Of a stretch of DNA of 63,022 nt, positions 9,520 through 19,022 are shown piece after piece. Position numbers and translations under genes: made by a program. Below the pieces are notes generated by a model that searched no databases, was not told where the DNA came from, and was given only the letters and a program-made list of their open reading frames with translations. Positions within the stretch are counted from its first letter, which is position 1. Each line of letters starts with the position of its first letter. The DNA comes from a virus (taxonomy: Duplodnaviria; Caudoviricetes): positions 1 through 63,022 of IMG/VR virus record IMGVR_UViG_3300037504_000243. One strand, given 5' to 3'.

Positions 9520-9987
9520 ATGGCGACTTATGGAGTGACTAAAACGGCTGACACTGCAGCAATTAGTCAGTTGGTAGCCTCTGAAAACTGTCAGATGAAA
9601 CAGGTTACCATGAAGGGAAGCTGCGGTGATCTGGACAGAGGGACGGTTCTCGAGTTAGCTAGCGAGAGCACCGGCCTTTGGCAGCAACTTACAGCCGGCA
9701 CGTCCGTTGAGACACTGGCTATCCTGGCTAAGGATGTAGACGACCAGACAGCAACCCAGCTAGCTTGGGTTTACATTACTGGTAAATACCGTGAGACAGA
9801 CTTGATCTGGCCTGCGAGTATCACCACGCTGCAGAAGTACGCGGCTATTTACAAAATGCAACGGGCCGGGATATTGATTGACGAGGCGGTATTGAGTGTC
9901 TCGACCACAACCACGACCACGACTAGTACTACGACCAGCACTACTAGTTCAACCACTACCACCACGTCCACGACTACGGCTCCGTAG
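9520..9987 (+). CDS. Head decoration protein (lambda gpD-like) with Thr/Ser tail ending TTTAP
   Basis: Between scaffold and capsid; GTVL, AILAKDVD, VYITGKY...LIWP pattern; 26-residue S/T tract. Confidence 0.78.
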   Translation: MATYGVTKTADTAAISQLVASENCQMKQVTMKGSCGDLDRGTVLELASESTGLWQQLTAGTSVETLAILAKDVDDQTATQLAWVYITGKYRETDLIWPASITTLQKYAAIYKMQRAGILIDEAVLSVSTTTTTTTSTTTSTTSSTTTTTSTTTAP

Positions 9988-10018
9988 TAGTTGGTAGATA
10001 ACCGAGAGGAGATTAGTT

Positions 10019-11020
10019 ATGGACAATCTTTTTAAAAGTAGAGTATTAACGGCCGCAATCAACGAAATGTTTTCGCCCTCCATGATGATTTACCGTACCT
10101 TGTTTGCTGGTAAAGAACACATGGAGGCGACTGACCGCCTGGCCTTTGACGTTATCACCGGAAGCGAGGACGTGCTAGGTGAGATTGCGGTGGAGGCCCC
10201 GGCTACTGTAACCGATCACAATAGCCGTAAGACTGTGACCGTGACCGCGCCTAGGTTGGCTCAGAAGCGCTTCATCTCTAGTGCTAGTCTCAATGCGCTG
10301 AGGGGGTACGGGGAACCGGTAGCTACTGCCCAGATGCAGCAAACCGTTGCCCGCGAACTGCAGGACATGAGGCTCAAACATGATCGCACCTTGGAGATGT
10401 GGGCGGCGGACGCGATGAAGGGTCAGATCTACGACAATGATCGGTCCACTGTGTTGGTGGACTACAACATGTCAGATAGTCACAAACCTACTCTGTCTGG
10501 TACCGAGTTGTGGACCAACGCGTCTAGCGACCCGATCGAGAACCTCCGAACTTGGAAGCGTATGATTGAGGATGACAGCGGCACCGGTATTGACTCGTTC
10601 CTTGCTTTTGTCGGGTTCAATGCTATGACTGCACTACTCGATCATGACAACATCAGAGACTATTTCAAGTACACTGAGGGTAGCCGGATTGCCCAGATGG
10701 GCCGGATCAGCAACGTTGCTGAGGTGGACATGAAAGAGTATAACGGGAGTTACAAAGACAAGAATAGTACCAGGCGTCGGTTTATCCCGGAGGACTACAT
10801 TATGTTGGTCGGGGTAACCCCGGACATAACTGATATGCCGTACGCGCCGGTTGTGGACGACGACGCGCCCGGCGGGGTTGGTAACTCCGGTGCGGGCCGG
10901 GTCTTTTTCAGCAAGTCCTGGAAAGAGAAGGACCCGAGTGGGCGATGGATCAAAACCGAATCTCGACCTTTACCGGTGCTGCAACGTCCTGGCTGCGTTG
11001 TCTACGCTAAAGTGGTCTAG
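10019..11020 (+). CDS. Major capsid protein, lambda gpE-like
   Basis: LTAAIN, RTLEMWAADAMKG, W....SDPI..L..W, FSKSW...DPSG...ESRPLP. Confidence 0.9.
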   Translation: MDNLFKSRVLTAAINEMFSPSMMIYRTLFAGKEHMEATDRLAFDVITGSEDVLGEIAVEAPATVTDHNSRKTVTVTAPRLAQKRFISSASLNALRGYGEPVATAQMQQTVARELQDMRLKHDRTLEMWAADAMKGQIYDNDRSTVLVDYNMSDSHKPTLSGTELWTNASSDPIENLRTWKRMIEDDSGTGIDSFLAFVGFNAMTALLDHDNIRDYFKYTEGSRIAQMGRISNVAEVDMKEYNGSYKDKNSTRRRFIPEDYIMLVGVTPDITDMPYAPVVDDDAPGGVGNSGAGRVFFSKSWKEKDPSGRWIKTESRPLPVLQRPGCVVYAKVV

Positions 11021-11090
11021 TAGTACTAGGCAGGTGCAAGATGTTGCACTGGGTCATTGGTATTAATAGCTATAGATAAGGAGCGCACCT

Positions 11091-11516
11091 ATGGCTTACT
11101 GTAGTTACTCGGATGTGTTAGACGTTATACCAGAGTCCAAGTTGATCGAGCTAACAGACGACGCTGGCTCTGGTAGCGTCGACACGGATATTGTCAACGC
11201 GGCCATATCCAAAGCGGCGGATTTAATTGATGGGTATCTTGGCCAGATTGTCACTCTCCCTCTAACTACTACTCCTGCACCGCTCAAGGGTTTAAACGAG
11301 GACCTAGCCGTATGTGAATTGTGGCATAGATATCATGCTAGTATGCCTAAGCAATGGGAAAGCCGATGCGAGAGAGCACACGGTATGTTGTTAGATTTGG
11401 CTGCTGGAAAAATCAGCCTATACCCCAACCCGGAAGCGGACGGTGAAGGTCCTGGTTCTTTCCAGACTGAGACCAGGGATAAGCAGTTTACTGTAAAAGA
11501 GTTGACTAAGTTTTAA
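11091..11516 (+). CDS. Head-tail adaptor, Mu gp36/DUF1320-like
   Basis: MAYCS..D, LIELTD, AADLIDGYL, LPL...P, L..LAAGKISL. Confidence 0.88.
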   Translation: MAYCSYSDVLDVIPESKLIELTDDAGSGSVDTDIVNAAISKAADLIDGYLGQIVTLPLTTTPAPLKGLNEDLAVCELWHRYHASMPKQWESRCERAHGMLLDLAAGKISLYPNPEADGEGPGSFQTETRDKQFTVKELTKF

Positions 11517-11529
11517 CAGGTGGTGAGAC

Positions 11530-12006
11530 GTGAGTGATAAGCATCCATTCGAGCTGATAGAGGACGGAGTACTAGACGTATTAGCACCTTTAACTGATGA
11601 AGGGGTGAGGAGCCTAGAGCAGTATGCTGGACAACTAACCCCGGATGTTGGTGAGATACGGATACAATACCCTTTTGTCCTAGTCGCAGTTTGGTCAATG
11701 GATGCTGAGATACGAAACGAGTTGCGAATTGAGCAGTACGATGTGTTTCTGTATGTGGGGTCTCGTCACCAACAGTCTATAAAAAAAGCTACCAGAGGTA
11801 GCCAGGCCCAACCTATGGGAATATGGGATTTGCTCAGGAGGATTAGACAGTTGATGGACTACCAGACCGTGATTAAGGGGAAGGGGTTTACTCCGGCCCA
11901 ACTAGTAGCAGAGAACGGGGTGGTGGTTGACCCGGACCAGTCGCTAGTTATATATGAGGCCCAATACAGGCTTTGGTATAAAGTAGCTAGGTCGGGGTCT
12001 AGATAA
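11530..12006 (+). CDS. Tail terminator, Mu gp37-like
   Basis: IED..L..L, YAGQL, PFVLV pattern; synteny. Confidence 0.7.
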   Translation: MSDKHPFELIEDGVLDVLAPLTDEGVRSLEQYAGQLTPDVGEIRIQYPFVLVAVWSMDAEIRNELRIEQYDVFLYVGSRHQQSIKKATRGSQAQPMGIWDLLRRIRQLMDYQTVIKGKGFTPAQLVAENGVVVDPDQSLVIYEAQYRLWYKVARSGSR

Positions 12007-12045
12007 CGATAACGTTACCGTTACCGATAGATAGGAGTTTATCAT

Positions 12046-12624
12046 ATGCACTCAACCGAATTAATCAGGCGAGGTCGAGGTAAGGTTGCAATTGCTTTAC
12101 GGACAGGGGACGTGATAGGGACATACAAATACACCGGTATTTGTTCTGACTTCACGGTTGAACCGTCGATTGAAACGCAAGAGCATTTTGACCGCACTAA
12201 GCACAACACGCCTAGGACCAAGATTGTGGTTACGTCTAGCTCTCTCACTATATCGTTCAGTCATGATGAAGTATGGGTTGAAAACCTCGAAAGGTTTTTG
12301 ATGGGTAGTATGACAGGAGACGACGTCATCAATATTCTACAAGGTACAAGTAAGAGGTACGCCGTAGAGTTTAAAGAGACTCCAGAAGAGGGGACGACTG
12401 AGTATGATATTTGGTTGTTTCCCAAGGTCCAACTGTTACCCGGCGGTGCACACAGTTTGATCGCCGACGATTTCAGAACTATCCCTATGACCGGGGAGGT
12501 TGAAGAAGATGAAACCAATTACCCTGATTCGCCGTACGGTACCGTAACGAAAGTGCGGGGAGTGACGACCACGTCCAGTACAACCAGTACGACTACCACC
12601 ACGTCAACCACTACCGCACCGTAA
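12046..12624 (+). CDS. Major tail tube protein with Thr/Ser tail ending TTTAP
   Basis: GRGKV, ENLERFL.G, FPKVQL.P.G...LIADDF, PYG pattern; synteny; 17-residue S/T tract. Confidence 0.78.
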   Translation: MHSTELIRRGRGKVAIALRTGDVIGTYKYTGICSDFTVEPSIETQEHFDRTKHNTPRTKIVVTSSSLTISFSHDEVWVENLERFLMGSMTGDDVINILQGTSKRYAVEFKETPEEGTTEYDIWLFPKVQLLPGGAHSLIADDFRTIPMTGEVEEDETNYPDSPYGTVTKVRGVTTTSSTTSTTTTTSTTTAP

Positions 12625-12639
12625 ACCGGAGGGCGGGCA

Positions 12640-13845
12640 TTGTCCCGCCTTTCAATTTCTGTTATTGAGGTTTTTATGGCACAAAAATCAGTCCAGGAAA
12701 TTCTTAACAAGGTGTACCGGGACGAAAACGGGGATATCCGCGTAGTTCAAGGGACTGTACAAGAATTGTTGAATCTGGTTTATGATGTGGACAACGCAGC
12801 CTTGAGAGTTTCAAGCACGGGAGGTGGGACGACAGAAAATTTCGGTGTCGAACACAACGCTGACGGCACACATGCGGACGTTACGCTTAGTAATTCGACA
12901 GCCTTTACAAATGAGCACAACGCTAATGGTAGCCATAAAACCTTCGACCTCGATCTATCAGGTAACACAAATTTTACGGAGCAGCATACTGCCTCAGGAC
13001 TACACATTCTGAAAGGTTTTATTAGTGGGCTTGATTTGTCTGTCAAAGATGCTGATGAATTTTATATCGATGGCGGTGCTATCGATCTAAGCGGTGTGAT
13101 GTATAAAGTTTCTTCGCAGCTAACCAAGTCACTCTCGACGCCCTCAGCATCCACAGTATATCACGTATACATCAAACCGCCGGCTTCGGGGGATACGCTT
13201 TCAGCGTCTGAAATAGAATATAACACTACGGCCCCGACGTTAGATAGTGATAAAGGTGCAGGGTATCACGGGTCAAATACAACATGGCGATGGATCGGTT
13301 GGTTAGAAACGGACGGAAGCAGCAATATTGATAAAATAGAAAGCGTGCACGCTTTCAACGCTAAAACCGTGGGAGATCTTGAATACTACTTAGTGGCCGA
13401 GTCTGCACCGTACGGACGGGTAGAGCTTGACGGGTCGGCTATCAGCCGCACTACTTATGCCGATCTTTATCAATATGGGATTAAAAGCTTTGGAGTCGCA
13501 TTCGGAGACGGCGACGGCTCGACCACGTTCGACTTGCCCGACCTACGCGGCCGCTTTTTCAGAGTCTGGGACCACGGCGCCGGGATCGACCCGGACGCGG
13601 CCAGCCGCACCGATAGAGGTGATACAACTACAGGTGATAATGTAGGAACTAAGCAAGCGGATGATTTCGCGTCCCATAATCATGACCTCAAGTGGACTTC
13701 CGATCGCTATAGTTTGGGGAGTGCGTCTGGTGTCGGTAGCACCAGCTCAACGCTTGGTTCATTGATCATTGATACCGGCGGCAACGAAACCCGGCCGAAA
13801 AATATCAATATCGCGGTATACGCCAAATATATCGGGAGGCTTTAG
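12640..13845 (+). CDS. Fibre protein with tail collar domain (probable start 12676)
   Basis: LDGSAISRTTYADLY, GDGSTTFDLPDLRGRF, ETRPKNI; GAGG SD before ATG 12676. Confidence 0.85.
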   Translation: MSRLSISVIEVFMAQKSVQEILNKVYRDENGDIRVVQGTVQELLNLVYDVDNAALRVSSTGGGTTENFGVEHNADGTHADVTLSNSTAFTNEHNANGSHKTFDLDLSGNTNFTEQHTASGLHILKGFISGLDLSVKDADEFYIDGGAIDLSGVMYKVSSQLTKSLSTPSASTVYHVYIKPPASGDTLSASEIEYNTTAPTLDSDKGAGYHGSNTTWRWIGWLETDGSSNIDKIESVHAFNAKTVGDLEYYLVAESAPYGRVELDGSAISRTTYADLYQYGIKSFGVAFGDGDGSTTFDLPDLRGRFFRVWDHGAGIDPDAASRTDRGDTTTGDNVGTKQADDFASHNHDLKWTSDRYSLGSASGVGSTSSTLGSLIIDTGGNETRPKNINIAVYAKYIGRL

Positions 13846-13847
13846 GT

Positions 13848-14417
13848 ATGCAGATTTATCATTATAACCCGGAAACCGGCGAACCAACCGGTCAAAGACA
13901 GGCGAAGCTGGACCCGGCCGAAGCCGCTTTGGGCAATACTCGCTATCTGATCCCCAAAAACGCGACCGACCAGGCCCCGCCCAAGGCTGGTGCAAACGAG
14001 GCGGCCGTCTGGAACGGCCAGGCCTGGGAACTTGTCGCCGACTATCGCGGGACCACACACTACGACCCGGCCACGGGCGAAGAAATGACTATCGCCACAC
14101 TGGGAGAATCCCCGGACGTAACAGACCCGCCCCCGACCGAGCTATATCAACCGACGCGGAACGGGGCCGCCTGGGTTGAAACTCTGACCGAGGCCGAAAT
14201 CGCACAGCGAGAACTGTCGAAAACAGACATGGATTTAACTAGGGTGGTAGAAGAAGTATTTGAGTTGTTGTTTCAAGATCAGATCATTAAAAAAAGTGCG
14301 CTATCAGCAAGCACAAGAAGTTTGCTCAAGAAAAGAACAGCCTTAAGAAAAAAGCTTGAACCTACAGCAAAAGTCAGTTTTTTAAGTCGACTAAACCCGT
14401 TTAAACGAAGAGCGTGA
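13848..14417 (+). CDS. Tail fibre assembly protein (Tfa-like)
   Basis: IYHYNPETGE, LIPKNAT...PP, W.LV.DYRG motifs. Confidence 0.8.
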   Translation: MQIYHYNPETGEPTGQRQAKLDPAEAALGNTRYLIPKNATDQAPPKAGANEAAVWNGQAWELVADYRGTTHYDPATGEEMTIATLGESPDVTDPPPTELYQPTRNGAAWVETLTEAEIAQRELSKTDMDLTRVVEEVFELLFQDQIIKKSALSASTRSLLKKRTALRKKLEPTAKVSFLSRLNPFKRRA

Positions 14418-14438
14418 TTGAATACTGGAGGTGATTAA

Positions 14439-15680
14439 GTGGTACACCGCACCGAGCAAGACATATTAAACCAGGTTTATCGAGAGTCGGATGGCAGCTT
14501 GGCGACCACGACCAAGAGCGGTCAAGAGATTTTAAATCTTGTATTTGACCCCGACACCAACTCCCTCAAAGTCAGCGAAGGAGCCACGTCGACCAGAAGT
14601 GTTGTTCATGTTACCGGAGATACTACTCTGTCTAGCGTTTCGCCGGGTGCAGTGTATCATGTTGAAGCAGCTGTAAGTGATGAGGTGGATTTAGTACTGC
14701 CGGACGCTAGTGGCAACACCGAGGGGGTGTATGCTACTGTAGTACTCTATACAGGTAGTCAGATCAACATCACTACATCTGGTGGGCAAGGTATTAACGG
14801 TGAGACTACGCAGATTATTAGCGAATCTGGAAAGTCTATCACGGTATTAGATCTGGGTGATCATTACACGATTATCCAAGATAACCGGTTGGGTAATATC
14901 TACGTGCCGTATGACGGTATGGTCGATGATATCAAAACCGATCGCTGGTTTGATAATGACACCAACACGTTTTTAGGTGTTGGTGTTGTTGGTGCTGGAG
15001 CGCTTCAGAGCCCTAATAATACATTTATAGGTTATAACGCTGGGTATTCAATCACAACCGGATCTCAGAACATGGGAATCGGGGCCAGCGCTTTATACGG
15101 TGTCACGTCTGGGTATTCGAATGTTGCTGTTGGTTGGAAAGCTCTGTTCAACGTCAGTGACGGACATGACAATATTGCGCTCGGACCGGGTGCAGGTGAG
15201 AATCTGACAACTGCAGATTACTGTATTATAATCGGACAACAAATCGACGCACAGACAGCGACGACAAACGGTCAGATGTCTATCGCCAACGCGATATTCG
15301 GAACCGGTAATACTGCTACGGGGACCACAATTAGTTCTGGTAACCTCGGGTTATTTGCTACATCATGGGGAACGAGCGCGGCTAGGGTTCTCGCTGTCGG
15401 CAACGGCACTGCCCCGACTACCCAACCAGCGGACACCTTTCAAATGTGGAGCGCTGACCAGGCCGCTGGGAACGCCTGCCCACACTTCATGACTGAGGGC
15501 GGGGCGACCATCAAACTATACCAACAAGCCCACGTAGCCAACGCCACCACGTCTCACGATATGACCGGGTCAGACTCAGTCGACCAGACAAATTTGGAGT
15601 CCGCACTTGATGCACTGGGGACCACGTTGAACACAATACTATCCTACCTGGAAAACCTTGGGTTCAACGCGACCTCATAA
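14439..15680 (+). CDS. Second fibre/adhesin with N-x-x-(I/V)-G solenoid repeats
   Basis: NTFIGYNAG, NMGIGASAL, NVAVGWKAL, NIALGPGAG; N-terminus resembles fibre 12676. Confidence 0.7.
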   Translation: MVHRTEQDILNQVYRESDGSLATTTKSGQEILNLVFDPDTNSLKVSEGATSTRSVVHVTGDTTLSSVSPGAVYHVEAAVSDEVDLVLPDASGNTEGVYATVVLYTGSQINITTSGGQGINGETTQIISESGKSITVLDLGDHYTIIQDNRLGNIYVPYDGMVDDIKTDRWFDNDTNTFLGVGVVGAGALQSPNNTFIGYNAGYSITTGSQNMGIGASALYGVTSGYSNVAVGWKALFNVSDGHDNIALGPGAGENLTTADYCIIIGQQIDAQTATTNGQMSIANAIFGTGNTATGTTISSGNLGLFATSWGTSAARVLAVGNGTAPTTQPADTFQMWSADQAAGNACPHFMTEGGATIKLYQQAHVANATTSHDMTGSDSVDQTNLESALDALGTTLNTILSYLENLGFNATS

Positions 15681-15704
15681 TCGATAACTAGAGGAGATAT
15701 CAAC

Positions 15705-15986
15705 ATGGCATTACAAAAAACACTTGAATATGACACCGGGGTAAGCGGTGATTATTGGCAGCTTTATCAAGTCAGGTTTGATCGGGCCGGGATGCAAATG
15801 TCGATTGAGTTTCGGCATTTTCTCAGTGCCACGGCCGCCACTGAAGGCAAGCAGCCAATTGGGTCTATGACTATCTGGACCACATTTACCGCTCAAGAAA
15901 TCACGACCGTTGACGCGGTAACTCTGGCGTATCAAAAAGCCAAAGCCGCCGAGGATTCATTTTTCGCCGACGCGGTAGACGTGTAG
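15705..15986 (+). CDS. Probable fibre chaperone
   Basis: Follows the fibre; MALQK...GV...YW, AY...K...F.DA.DV pattern; GAGGAG SD. Confidence 0.55.
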   Translation: MALQKTLEYDTGVSGDYWQLYQVRFDRAGMQMSIEFRHFLSATAATEGKQPIGSMTIWTTFTAQEITTVDAVTLAYQKAKAAEDSFFADAVDV

Positions 15987-15994
15987 ATCTAGAC

Positions 15995-16276
15995 GTGTGT
16001 GAATATAGTCGAGAGACCAGAGAACTGCGAGCAGAACTAGATTCTGTTTCGTCCACTGTCCAAGAATTGAACCAACAACTAGAGCGGACTGAGCAAGACC
16101 TAGCCTCACTATTACAAGCTCTAGATCTCCCAGTAGTCAGGTTGATAGACGACCTGGTCAAATTGTTAGTCGACAAACACGTAATTACTGAAGGTGAGAT
16201 TGACAAGACAGCATTAAAGAGGTTGAAAACAAGGGCGGTAGTAAGAGAGTTGTTAAAACAAGTGAGGGGTGGTTGA
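15995..16276 (+). CDS. Coiled-coil protein resembling the C-terminus of the Tfa-like protein
   Basis: D..VVRLIDDLVKLLVDKHVI versus D.DLTRVVEEVFELLFQDQII. Confidence 0.55.
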   Translation: MCEYSRETRELRAELDSVSSTVQELNQQLERTEQDLASLLQALDLPVVRLIDDLVKLLVDKHVITEGEIDKTALKRLKTRAVVRELLKQVRGG

Positions 16277-16670
16277 TATGTCTAGTAACGAGTTGAGGTT
16301 GTTTCTGGTTATTGTTGGAATCGTTTTGACTATCGCGTCGTCTCTAATCACGCGGTGGTTGGTGGGCAGGAGTAAAACTAGTTCAGATGTTTGTGAGGCA
16401 AAGCATAAACTGATCTGTGTGAAAGAGGGGGAGTTAGAGAGGAAAGGTGAAGTGTTGGAGAAGGAGATAGCCGAAGTTGAAGATAAGCTAGTGCAGGGTC
16501 TAAAAGAGTTGCAGGCCAACAACAACAAAAACTTTACTGATATGAGAACAGATTTCAGTAACCAGTTCAACCAGATGCACACACGACTATCAGAAATGAG
16601 GGAGGCCCTGTCAAACCTTAACTCTAGACTGTCGGTTATTGAAGACAGGTGGGATCGGTCGGTGAGGTAA
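16269..16670 (+). CDS. Membrane protein (1 TM plus coiled coil), holin/antiholin-like
   Basis: N-terminal hydrophobic helix; immediately precedes the endolysin. Confidence 0.6.
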   Translation: MVDMSSNELRLFLVIVGIVLTIASSLITRWLVGRSKTSSDVCEAKHKLICVKEGELERKGEVLEKEIAEVEDKLVQGLKELQANNNKNFTDMRTDFSNQFNQMHTRLSEMREALSNLNSRLSVIEDRWDRSVR

Positions 16671-16699
16671 CAACACTAGTAATACTAACGAGGTGACGT

Positions 16700-17206
16700 A
16701 TGAGAAATAACCCAGAATATATTATAGTCCACTGTTCTGCTAGCCCGGACACCGCCGGTAAGGACTGGGATGGTATTAGGCGGTACCATATGGATAGTCG
16801 AGGGTGGTCGGACATTGGTTACCACCGAGGTATTGAACTGGTCGGTGGTAAGTATGAAGTGTTACAAGGGCGGCCAGTGTCGGTACCTGGAGCACATTGT
16901 AAAGAACAAAGGATGAACTACCGGTCTATTGGGGTCTGTCTGGTCGGGGGTGATCCGTGGGTAGGGTTTGACGACGTGAAGTACCCATTACCAAAAGAAC
17001 AGTATGAGGTGCTAGTCAAACAGTGTATCAACGACTGTCTCGACTACAACATACCTGTCATAAACATAGGCCTGCACAGGGACTACGTGCCTAAACCCTG
17101 CCCTGGTTACGCCGTGGACCGAGACAAACTACAACATGATGTTAGCGTAGGGTTGGGTAAGATTGAAGGCGATACTGCAACGGACAACCTCGACTACACT
17201 GAATAA
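16700..17206 (+). CDS. Endolysin, N-acetylmuramoyl-L-alanine amidase (T7 lysozyme-like)
   Basis: IIVHCSA, DIGYH, GAHC, N..SIGVCLVG, HRD...KPCPG. Confidence 0.92.
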   Translation: MRNNPEYIIVHCSASPDTAGKDWDGIRRYHMDSRGWSDIGYHRGIELVGGKYEVLQGRPVSVPGAHCKEQRMNYRSIGVCLVGGDPWVGFDDVKYPLPKEQYEVLVKQCINDCLDYNIPVINIGLHRDYVPKPCPGYAVDRDKLQHDVSVGLGKIEGDTATDNLDYTE

Positions 17207-17410
17207 CTTAAACCCACCATTAGCCAAGGCGATACAGGCGTGTCGGTGGTGTGGCTGCAGCATTATTTAGGTGTCAACGTTACAGGTGTATTTGACGATA
17301 ACACTGTTAACGCGGTTCAGGACTACCAGACCTCAAACGGTTTGTTGATTGACGGTATAGTGGGTCCTCAAACTTGGGGTCATATTTTTAACAACCACCT
17401 GTCAAGGTGA
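17207..17410 (+). pseudogene. Peptidoglycan-binding domain in frame after the endolysin TAA
   Basis: Reads LKPTISQGDTGVSVVWLQHYLG...TVNAVQDYQTSNGLLIDGIVGPQTW, a PG_binding_1 pattern; no SD seen. Confidence 0.8.
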
Positions 17411-17428
17411 GAGAGGAGGTACTATACA

Positions 17429-17632
17429 GTGTCTAGGACTAAACCGTTTTGGTTATCCAAAACTGTCTGGGCGGCGGTAATAACTCTAGTGGTTGTGATC
17501 GCCAAAATGATGGGAGTCGAGATAGCCGAAACTACCCAAGCAGATATGCTGACCGTAGTAATGTTGATTGCTACGATTATTAGTCGTTGGGTTGCCAAGG
17601 ACCAGATTGGTCTTGGTACCCGCGACGGTTGA
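17429..17632 (+). CDS. Holin-like protein (2 TM)
   Basis: KPFWLSKTVW plus two hydrophobic helices; GAGGAGG SD. Confidence 0.72.
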   Translation: MSRTKPFWLSKTVWAAVITLVVVIAKMMGVEIAETTQADMLTVVMLIATIISRWVAKDQIGLGTRDG

Positions 17633-17642
17633 CCTAACTACT

Positions 17643-17675
17643 GGTCGAGGTAGTAGCACAACTATTACCTCGACC
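17643..17675 (+). terminator. Stem-loop between holin and spanins
   Basis: GGTCGAGGTAGTAG-cacaa-CTATTACCTCGACC; no U tract. Confidence 0.45.
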
Positions 17676-17705
17676 TAACCACCCTGATAACAACGAGGTG
17701 TTGAT

Positions 17706-17921
17706 GTGACAGAATCTATACTAGGAATCATTGCGGGTATACTGTCGGTGGCGGTATTAGTACTCAGGCGATACAGGAAAACAAACGATGAGAAACTGGT
17801 TGACGCCTACGAGAACGCGGTAAGGCAGAGGGACGAGCAAGAGAGAGAAGGGAGAAAGGCTAGAGACACGACAAAGGATATGGGGGAGTGGACAGATGAG
17901 ATACGCCGCAAGGGGTTCTAA
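17706..17921 (+). CDS. i-spanin (Rz-like)
   Basis: N-terminal TM plus charged helix; overlaps the lipoprotein gene. Confidence 0.65.
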   Translation: MTESILGIIAGILSVAVLVLRRYRKTNDEKLVDAYENAVRQRDEQEREGRKARDTTKDMGEWTDEIRRKGF

Positions 17922-18159
17922 GGTATTGGTATGTTTGGTGTTGGTGTTAACGTTGACAGTAACGTTGTCGTCTTGTGGCCACGACACAGCACCTCAGATA
18001 GCCTGTCCCGCACCTAACATCGTGGACTACAACCAGGAGTTTAACGATAACTTGGCTGACCAGATTGACCGTGTGTGCGGGTCCGGTGAGAACAGGGAAC
18101 TATGTCAAGCACTGAGAGACGCCTATGTGGTGAGACGTAAGATTAAAGCCTGTAATTAG
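17896..18159 (+). CDS. o-spanin lipoprotein (Rz1-like)
   Basis: Signal peptide with lipobox LSSC; Cys/Pro-containing mature part. Confidence 0.7.
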   Translation: MRYAARGSKVLVCLVLVLTLTVTLSSCGHDTAPQIACPAPNIVDYNQEFNDNLADQIDRVCGSGENRELCQALRDAYVVRRKIKACN

Positions 18160-18189
18160 TGTGTGCAATTAATAATTAAGTAGTAGATA

Positions 18190-18645
18190 ATGATAGGTAG
18201 GAGGAGCGCAATGCAGAAAACAGAAAGTGTGAAATTGTCAGGACAGAAAACGGACAAGGTCAAGGTGGGAAGTAAGAACAAGAAAGGTAAACAGCGCGAG
18301 GTCATGGTTAAGGAGTTATCAGCCGGTGACATTGCAGACGCTTGGGATGTATTGAATAGCGATGACGACGGCGACACTGTTGAACTATTTATCACCCTGT
18401 GGAAGAAGTGCACTGGCATGTCGGCTCACGAGGTAAGGACGTTTTACCCTAGCGAACTGAAGGAAATATACGAGGGTATTGTTAGAGTGAACTCGGCTTT
18501 TTTCGGCCTCCCCCAGGCGCTGGGGATAGAAGATCTAGTAGGGGAACTGAAACGGGTAGTCGTCGCCAGTATTGTCAGAGGTTGGCAGAAGTATGTGGGC
18601 GGCATGGATCAGGAGCCCTCAACTACGGATTCGAGTTCTTCCTAA
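18190..18645 (+). CDS. Tail assembly chaperone (probable start 18211)
   Basis: YPSEL, VNSAFF; AGGAGG SD; upstream of tape measure. Confidence 0.75.
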   Translation: MIGRRSAMQKTESVKLSGQKTDKVKVGSKNKKGKQREVMVKELSAGDIADAWDVLNSDDDGDTVELFITLWKKCTGMSAHEVRTFYPSELKEIYEGIVRVNSAFFGLPQALGIEDLVGELKRVVVASIVRGWQKYVGGMDQEPSTTDSSSS

Positions 18646-19022
18646 TATGTCTAGATGAGTTGGATAATGAGAGGGACGAGAGGTACCTTGATATGGCCCA
18701 GGCTGTAAGCCTAGGGGCATGGGGGGATAAGAAAGCCTGGAAGAATGTCGAGAACCAGATAAAAAGTATTAAGAAGGCTAGAGACTTGAAGTGGAAAGAA
18801 CCGGTTATGCCTAGTGAGAGCAGTAGTGACGGTGGTAGTAATGCTGACAGTAGCGGCACTAACCGAGGGAGTGATAAAAAGACGACCAAAGCACCGCCTC
18901 ATGTTATACGCAAACAAGGGTTTGGATATAACGAGGTAAGGGTGAAGATAAGACGCGGCAAGATGGATGAGGTACCAGGGCGGGTAGAGCCGCTAGGTGG
19001 TCCACCGGATAAACAGGAGTAA
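18582..19022 (+). CDS. Tail assembly chaperone -1 frame extension (gpGT-like)
   Basis: -1 frame open from T TTT TTC (18498-18504) to 19022. Confidence 0.6.
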   Translation: MAEVCGRHGSGALNYGFEFFLICLDELDNERDERYLDMAQAVSLGAWGDKKAWKNVENQIKSIKKARDLKWKEPVMPSESSSDGGSNADSSGTNRGSDKKTTKAPPHVIRKQGFGYNEVRVKIRRGKMDEVPGRVEPLGGPPDKQE

